Shown here one piece after another: positions 55,093 to 64,000 of a stretch of DNA of 64,000 nt. The DNA comes from the human T2T-CHM13v2.0 reference genome, Homo sapiens. The notes under the pieces were generated by a model. It was not told the origin of the DNA, did no database searches, and saw nothing but the letters and a program-made list of their open reading frames with translations. The stretch lies in assembly GCF_009914755.1 (NCBI RefSeq), contig NC_060927.1. One strand, given 5' to 3'. How positions within the stretch are numbered: position 1 is the first letter of the stretch; every line of letters starts with the position of its first letter. The translations under genes were made by a program, and so were the position numbers.

Positions 55093-55612
55093 AATCCATC
55101 ACAATTTTTATCCTTAGAATTCCCCTCTTTGGCCAATGAGAGCCTCTTCAAGTTGGCTCCTGAAGTCCCTTTGACACATGACATTACTCTTTCATAGCTT
55201 GTTTTCTGAAATGACAAATTCTCCAGCCTCATCTTGTACATTTTTTACTCCACACCTAAAACAACCATTTCTCCAAGGAGCTTTCGGGAACTCATATTAT
55301 TTAAAGACTCTTCAGGTAATTCTGATGTGCAGCCACGTTTGGGAACTGCTAGGCATCTGAGGTTCCTTCCAACTCCAAAACACTTTTGTTTTTTCCTCTT
55401 GCTAATTAAAGTAGCAAACATATATTTGAAATGATTGTTAAACACTAATATGAAATAAAAAAATACTTCAATGATATATTCTTTTCCTTTGTGCATTGTG
55501 CTTTAAATTTGTACAATGTTTTAAATGCAATTTGACCAAATGTATTATGCTTTAAATATTTTCATACACTTTGACCCAGAAATTCTACTTTTAGAAATCT
55601 GGTCTAAGGAAA

Positions 55613-55948
<336 letters not shown>

Positions 55949-57394
55949 TAGAAAAAGAGGCATGCATCAGGGCTTATTTGCAAATTGTAAAACATTAGAC
56001 ATAGCTCTAACATCCAAAAATCGGGAGCAGTTTGTAAGACTGCTAAGAATTTACTGGAAGGAATATTATGAGGCCATTAAATGATGCCTGGGAGGACTAT
56101 GCAGCTGTTGCACAATTGTATTTATGATATGTTAAAATATGCATACGAATAAAGTTTAAGATGGAATATATCAAAATGATAGTAGTAGGTTAGTAGACTT
56201 TACAGATGATTACTCCCTACACTCTGTCCTTTTCCACAATTTTTGCAAAAATTACTTAAAACCTGCATTTTAAGATTCTGTAAGTCTAATATTACATGAT
56301 TAACTGACTTGCTGTCCTTTGTCATTTAGAAAGAACAGGGCTTAGGAAAGGAGGAGGCACAGAGTATAAGTCACAGTCCAAAGTTTGGGGCAATACCTGG
56401 GGAGTATTGGGACTGGAGGAGGAAGCGCTGGGCTGAGAAAGGCCGGTGGGTGTGACAGTGGACATGACTCTCCTGCCTTCCCTGCAGTTTTGCCTGAGCG
56501 CATGTCTTTGTTATGCTCACCAACTCATCAGCTAGGAGCAGGGCTTGGAATCTCTGAAAGTTCCTTAGTCTCTCTCTTGGACATCCCAGGCATTTCCCCA
56601 CTGGGGAGTACTGTGGATTCATTTTCACACCAAGAAAATCAACAAATGCAGCTTGCTGGGGATGACTGTCCAGCCTGGCATGCTAAGGAATTTGGTAACC
56701 AAGGGAATCAATAACAATTTGTTTGGGCTTGTACTTTTAATGATTTAGACTTTGAACAAGCTCCTTTGGATTGTATTTATTGGTATATGAGGCAACTTTT
56801 CTCAAATCCTTTCTCACATCTGGAAGCCTTTCCCTGGCTTTCTCTCTCTTGACAGGAGGTGGCACCTGAGGTGAAGCTGAGTGGGAGGAAGGATAGAAGC
56901 CCTGGCTGGGACTGCTAGCACCCACCCAAGCCCCTTTGACCCCCATCTGCTGGCGTCTACTCCGCTTATCACCCTAGCATTTCACCCTCACGGGAGAGAT
57001 GATGCTTGAGGGGTAAGGACGGAGAGGCAGACAGGAGCCACATTACAGAGGACTTGGAATGCCAGGCTGAGAATTTTGGACTTTCTTCTGTAAGAGCCAC
57101 AGGAGCTTTTAAGCAAAGGAGTGACGTGGTCTGGCATATAATTTAGGAGAACCACTCTGGTGCAGACTGGGGAAGACGTTGGTGTGAGGTGAAACCAGCG
57201 TGAGGGCCGCCAAAGCTAGGCCAGGTAAAAGGCCGTAGGTAGTAATATGGTAGAATGGTAGTAATATCCCAGCATGAAAGTGACAGAGCTGGCTGCAGCA
57301 GAAAGGATGGGATTGATTCATCCATGGAGGAAAAGGCTGCTGTTAGTTACCAAATTCTGTTGTCTTTTCCTCCTTGGCATGTGGCTGGACCACT

Positions 57395-58270
57395 TGTCCT
57401 ATGGCTGCTATAACAACCACAAACTTAATGGCTTGAAACAACATACATTTGTTTTCTTACAGTTCTGGAGGTCAGAAGTCTGACAGTGCTGGCAGGGCCG
57501 CTTTCTCATGGGGGCTTCAGGAGAGAATCCTTTTCTTTGCCGTTTCCACCTTCAAGAGGCCACTTGCATTCCCTGGAGTGTAGCTACTTCTGCTTTCAAG
57601 GACAGTCACTCCAACCTGTTTCTATCTTCATGTTTCCTTGTTTTTGATTTGTTCTGTTTTGTTTTGTTTGGCCCTCTTTGCCCACCTGTATAACCCAGTA
57701 TCATCTCATATTAAGACTGTCACGCGCGTTCGTGTGAAGAGACCACCAAACAGACTTTGTATGAGCAATAAAGCTTTTTAATCACCTGGGTGCAGGCGGG
57801 CTGAGTCCGAAAAGAGTCAGCGAAGGGAGATTAGGGGTGGGGCCGTTTTATAGGATTTGGGTAGGTAGTGGAAAATTACAGTCAAAGGGAGTTGTTCTCC
57901 GGAGGGCAGGGCCCAGGGTCACAAGGTGCTCAGTCAGGGAGCTTCTGAGCCAGGGGAAGGAATTTCACAAGGTTAATCGCTCAGTTAAGGTGGGGCAGAA
58001 ACAAATCACAATGGTGGAATGTCATCAGTTAAGGCAGGAACTGGCCATTTTCACTTCTTTTGTGATTCTTCACTTGCTTCAGGCCATCTGGATGTATACG
58101 TGCAGGTCACAGGGGATATGATGGCTTAGCTTGGGCTCAGAGGTCTGACAAATACTCTGACCTTAATCACTCCTGCAAAGTCTCTTTGGTACTTAAGGCA
58201 ACATGCTCACAGGTTCACATAGGGATGAGGACATGGACATTTTTGAGAGCCCTTATTTTGTCTACTACAC
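57395..58270 (-). mobile_element. MLT1 (MaLR) LTR split by LTR7B
   Basis: ggctgctataacaaccacaaactt...acagttctggaggtcagaagtc on the left; cttaatcactcctgcaaagtc...tactaca on the right. Confidence 0.75.
57718..58150 (-). mobile_element. solo HERV-H LTR (LTR7B-like)
   Basis: Reverse strand reads TGTCAGACCTCTGAGCCCAAGCTAAGCCATCATATCCCCTGTGACC...CGCGCGTGACA; TATAAAA box; 5-bp TSD aagac/aatac with one mismatch. Confidence 0.92.
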
Positions 58271-59117
58271 CACTGTTCCCAGTCTGGCCAGAGAAATGGG
58301 ACCTCTTTTTCAGGCCTGGCCCACAAAACCTCCCTTGTCCTCCATGTCTTTCCTTTTCTCTGTGCTGAGGACCCAGAGGGGAAGCAGAGCCAAAAAATGG
58401 GGGCGCCTGGGGCCCTGGATGACCAAGCAAAAGGCTAGTCATTCATAACTGGAAATTTTCACTTTACAGTTTATACACTCTAAATTTTTAACATTCTTAT
58501 TATCTCTTATATTATTAAGTATGTGTAGAATTTAAAAATACCGCTGAGGAACATACACACTGGGCCTAGTTCAGTGGAGAATAAGCCTCTGTGTTAAGCC
58601 GCTGTTTAGTCAAGATAAAGATAGGCTTGGAGTCTCCGATGGAACCCTTTGCCTTTGAGGTGTCAGGTGGGCATCCCAGTCCATATCCAAAGTCCAAATG
58701 TAAAAGTAAGAATACATCTGTTACCTCAGAGTGAAAAAATTAATAAGGCAATAGATCTAAAAGATCATAGATCTAAAAGATTCATAAATGTTTCTCCTCC
58801 TTTCTGTTTTTAAATTAGGTTTTCATAGGAACCGATTTCTGGGGAGAACAACATATTTTAGATGCAACAAATTCATCTGCAGTCAGGCTTAGATCAAGCT
58901 TCGTGAGAGGCTTCGCGGCAGTGGGGGTGGAAAATGGCAGGGATGAGACCATGATGGTGTAAGAGGGAAAGGGCTGGAGGAACAGGGCAGGGGTTTAGGG
59001 CAGCCCTCACTGGTGGTCCACGTTTCTGAAGGAAAACAGCTTTGGTTAAGGTCTGAAGTATTTTTCAATTCTACACATACTCAGAAATAATATGAGGTAA
59101 TAAGAATGTTTAAAATG

Positions 59118-59786
59118 CAGCCCCCGCCCGGCCAGCCGCCCCATCCGGGAGGGAGGTGGGGGCGCCTCCGCCTGGCCGCCACCCCGTCCGGGAGGTGAGG
59201 GGCGCCTCTGCCCGGCTGCCCCTTCTGGGAAGTGAGGAGCCCCTCTGCCCGGCCACCACCCCGTCTGGGAGGTGTACCCAACAGCTCATTGAGAACAGGC
59301 CATGATGACGATGGTGGTTTTGTGGAATAGAAAAGGGGGAAAGGTGGGGAAAAGATAGAGAAATCAGATTGTTGCTGTGTCTGTGTAGAAAGAAGTAGAC
59401 ATGGGAGACTTCATTTTGTTCTGTACTAAGAAAAATTCTTCTGCCTTGGGATGCTGTTGATCTATGACCTTACCCCCAACCCTGTGCTCTCCGAAACATG
59501 TGCTGTGTCAACTCAGGGTTAAATGGATTAAGGGCGGTGTAAGATGTGCTTTGTTAAACAGATGCTTGAAGGCAGCATGCTCGTTAAGAGTCATCACCAC
59601 TCCCTAATCTCAAGTACCCAGGGACCCAAACACTGCGGAAGGCCGCAGTGTCCTCTGCCTAGGAAAACCAGAGACCTTTGTTCACTTGTTTATCTGCTGA
59701 CCTTCCCTCCACTATTGTCCTATGACCCTGCCAAATCCCCCTCTGAGAGAAACACCCAAGAATGATCAATTAAAAAAAAAAAAAAA
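59118..59786 (+). mobile_element. 5'-truncated SVA (older, SVA_B/C-like)
   Basis: Short VNTR remnant, complete SINE-R, A15 tail; degenerate TSD aagaatgtttaaaatg / aaaaatatttaaaatg. Confidence 0.93.
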
Positions 59787-60771
59787 TATTTAAAATGTAG
59801 AGTGCATAAACTGTAAAGTGAAAATTCCCAGTGGCGATGGCTAACAATTTTTTGTTCAAGTTTCCTGAATTGTTTTTCTGTTCATGTACTCATACACGCA
59901 TGCCCACCCGCCTCAACGTTTTCAACTTGCCTTTGATACTTATGAGATCTTGGGTATACTTCCTGATCATTACCTATAAATCTGCCTCATTCTTTAATTA
60001 CTATTGAGAGACATTTAAGCTGTTGTTATTTTTATTTTTTCTTATTACAAGCACCGTAAGAGTGAATAGGCTTTGAGCACTGGGAGAGCTCCTCGGGGAA
60101 TCTATCCACTGAAGAATAAATCTCTTGGAGTGAAATTGCTGCATCAAAGAGTAGGAACATTTTACAACTTTAACAGCCATTTAACATTTCCTCTAAAACT
60201 CTCATACCAATGCCCCTTTCTTGAGGGGCAGAAGTTGTAGAGTCAAGGAGGGGCTTGGAGCAGAGGGAGGATGGATTCTTGTTTGAAAACCTGAGGGAGA
60301 CAGGAGGCTGGGGCCCAGAAAGAATCAGAACTCACTGCTCTGAATTGCAGGGGCCCAGGGGCCAAGCCCTGGGGAGAAGGGCCATGCTTGATCTAATGCT
60401 CCACTGTCACTGTATTGAAATTCTTAATTTTTTAAAGAGAGGCCCCACGTTTTCATTTTACACTGGGTCTCTGGAGGAAAACCGGGGCGGGGCCAGTGAG
60501 TACTTGTCCTTGTGGTGAGGGAGGAGCTGCATGGACCGCAGTTGGCTTGAAGTCTTGGGAAAGTTGGACTCCTAAGGAGGAGGCGCTCAGTGCACCCAGC
60601 TGGGGTCTGAGGGCCATCGACCCAAGGAGCAGCTGGACTGGGGGCCAGTAGGAACCTTTGTATATTGGCTCCCTTAGAGTATCCTAAAACAGTGCCCCAG
60701 TGGTTCTAGAGTGTGGTCCCTAAACAAGCGGCATCAGCATCCCCAGAAACTGGTTAGAAATGCAGATTCTC

Positions 60772-61070
60772 GGCCAGGCGCGGTGGCTCAAGCCTGTAAT
60801 CCCAGCACTTTGGGAGGCCGAGGTGGGTGGATCATGAGGTCAGGAGATCGAGACCATCCTGGCTAACATGGTGAAACCCTGTCTCTACTAAAGATACAAA
60901 AAATTAGCCGGGTGTGGTGGCGGGCGCCTGTAGTCCCAGCTACGAGGGAGGCTGAGGCAGGAGAATGGCATGAACCGGGAGGCAGAGCTTGCAGTGAGCT
61001 GAGATCGGGCCACTGCACTCTAGCCTGGGCGACAGAGTGAGACTCCATCTAAAAAAAAAAAAAAGAAAAA
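60772..61070 (+). mobile_element. AluY-like nested in MER5
   Basis: TSD agaaatgcagattctc on both sides; flanks cagtggttct...gtgtggtcc and aatctgtgtttcaacaagc are MER5-like. Confidence 0.92.
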
Positions 61071-61977
61071 GAAATGCAGATTCTCAGGCCCATAGACCTA
61101 CAGAACCAGAAATTCTGGCAGGGCCCAGCAATCTGTGTTTCAACAAGCAAGCCCTCTGGATGATTTTGACAGGCGCTCAAGCTTCAGAGCCACTGTCTAA
61201 ACCAACCCTGAATCCAAGAGGGACCTCTCAGGGTTGGTTTCTAGAAGAGCAACAGTCTTCTGGCCTCTCAAGGCAGAAGTGAGCCCTACGAGAAGACACT
61301 AAGGAGTCTGACTTTTCTCTTGCCCAGACCAAGGCTTCTGAAGGAAAAACTTTGGACCATTACAAGCCTCCTGAGAATGTTAACTTGCTTTTTCTCCCCC
61401 TCCATCATGAATGTAATCTACAGGGCTAATAAAATGTCACATAGGCCTCATTTCTGTGGGTCCCCTGGTGGATACAAGATATAGTCTATAATAAGTTCTC
61501 CCCACATAGGGGGATAAAGAAAAGCCATGGAAAGACGAATATTCTAAAAGACTTTTTAATGATGTGAATTCTGCTTTCAAGAAGCTAAAAGCCGCCGTGT
61601 TAGCTAATAGCTCTATGATCATATTTTAGACTCCTGGAAGTTACACACATCTAAGGTAAATATCTTTGTCAGGAAAGGGGCCTCGTGGGATGCACAGAAT
61701 ATGAGAATATTAGAATTCTAAAGGGCAGCTAGAGATGGTAATAAAGTTGTGTCTCATCTAGGAATAATTTTGAAAAATGCTAACGCAAATTGTAGAAACT
61801 CTCTGAAGAGTTAGTTCTTCGTGCTTTGGCCCAGTAGAATGAGTTATGAATGCACTGTATAGAATAGAAATTACAGAGCCATACTGGGTGTGGGGGGTGA
61901 GCCAAGGTCTGCACCATCCCCCTCCACTTCCCCACGAGCTAGGCAGAGCAGATGCCATTTGAACTTGCAGTGGCTGA

Positions 61978-62317
<340 letters not shown>

Positions 62318-63214
62318 ACACACATTTAGAAACTGTGCAAAGGAAGTGTCCATTTCTGGTTGAGTGGAGGCCTTTCACTGTGCCCTGGGTTAAGGGCATG
62401 GCAGGCTGAGGGCAAACCTGGGGTGCCCAACTTCCCTACCCTGGGAGCCGGGGCACCACAGGCCCGTTACAGTCCTGAAGGGGAGCCATTTTTCACTGGA
62501 CATTTCTGCGCTGTGGGGATTGGTCGGAGCTGGACCTTCCTCACTGCCTATCTTCTTTCCTTGGAATTCTACAAGCACTTTGTGAGCTTTCTGAACCAAG
62601 GCCCTCCCTCCAGGTGTGTGGGAGGATGGACAAACTCAGCCCGCAGAGTTGGAGAACAGTCTTCCTTTCCCTGCTCTCTGTTCCCCGTAAGAGGTGCCTG
62701 GTTTGTGGAGACAGAGGTCTGCAGATCTCTCTTATGTGTGCCCAGATTTTTATATTCTCTCAGCAGCACTTTCCCCTAAAAGGAATCTCTGGGTTTTCTA
62801 TAGGCTGGCTGGCTGCAGCCACACCTGTGCCTGTTGGAAACATGTGCAGGCAGGTGGGTGACAGATTGATTCACAGAATTTTCTCTAAGCTGCAGGTGTG
62901 AAAAGAAGATGAACTCAGGGTATCATAACTGATGAAAAGGCTGCATGGATAGAATTGACTTTCCAAGTCATTGACACCAGCAGGAAAACATTAACTGGTC
63001 AGAGCAGCTTGTTGGGTCAAATGCCCCAGAGCCACTGGGGGCTCTTTTCCTTCTCCTTGGTGTCAGCCCACTGGCAATCTCTTGTTCATCTTCTCCAACA
63101 CATTTGCAGTGAGAGGGGACATGATACTGTTGGACAGATTTGCAAATGAAAGTATGTGATATTCTCTAAAGTTTGTGGGCATCTTCTGGACCTTGTAAGA
63201 TTAAAAAGAAAGTC

Positions 63215-63650
<436 letters not shown>

Positions 63651-64000
63651 TTATTCTCCAGATACACTGCATTTATTTCTTTTTAAAATTTTCCCTTTTA
63701 CGTGACCTTTTCTTTCAAGAACGGGCCTCTGATGTTGGGTTTCCTTGTGTCTGCTGCTTTTCCTCCTTCTGAGATCATTCTTTGTGACATGATCACCATG
63801 TCCCTCACCTCTACCTCAGATGCTGTGATTGGTGGTTGCAGGTGGTGAGAAGAAAACAACTTGCACGGATGAATTCTTGAGACCTGGGCCCTGTATTTAT
63901 CTCAGTGGCTTCAATACAGGGCAGGGAAGCTCACAGAAGTTGTGACACACAGGTGTAATTATGGCTAAGTGGAATGCTTTTCAAAACTTTAGATGGCATT

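Overview
AT-rich hominid (human-like) genomic DNA. Positions 1498-41848 hold 24 coding exons of the + strand splicing-factor gene U2SURP (SR140). I spliced them by hand into one open frame of 2769 nt (922 aa plus stop) covering RRM, SURP, CID, acidic repeats, cwf21 and the RS tail. The 5' exons lie upstream of the window; numbering as exons 5-28 assumes the known 1029-aa, 28-exon gene. A ~4.1 kb 3' UTR ends near 45940 and the rest is repeat-rich intergenic DNA. Mobile elements include a near full-length Tigger1, MER44/MER2, many Alus, two 5'-truncated SVAs and a solo HERV-H LTR7B. I see no new protein-coding system; the short ORFs are exon overhangs, repeats or noise. The best lead is a possible splicing-autoregulation circuit: a 76-nt GC-AG intron with a truncated pyrimidine tract, many weak acceptors, a candidate poison exon behind an unusually long pyrimidine tract, and a candidate early last exon. 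Other leads are SVA exonisation and VNTR expansion, and an inverted duplication that preserves the empty site of the second SVA. Repeat subfamily calls are from memory of consensus sequences and repeat boundaries are approximate.
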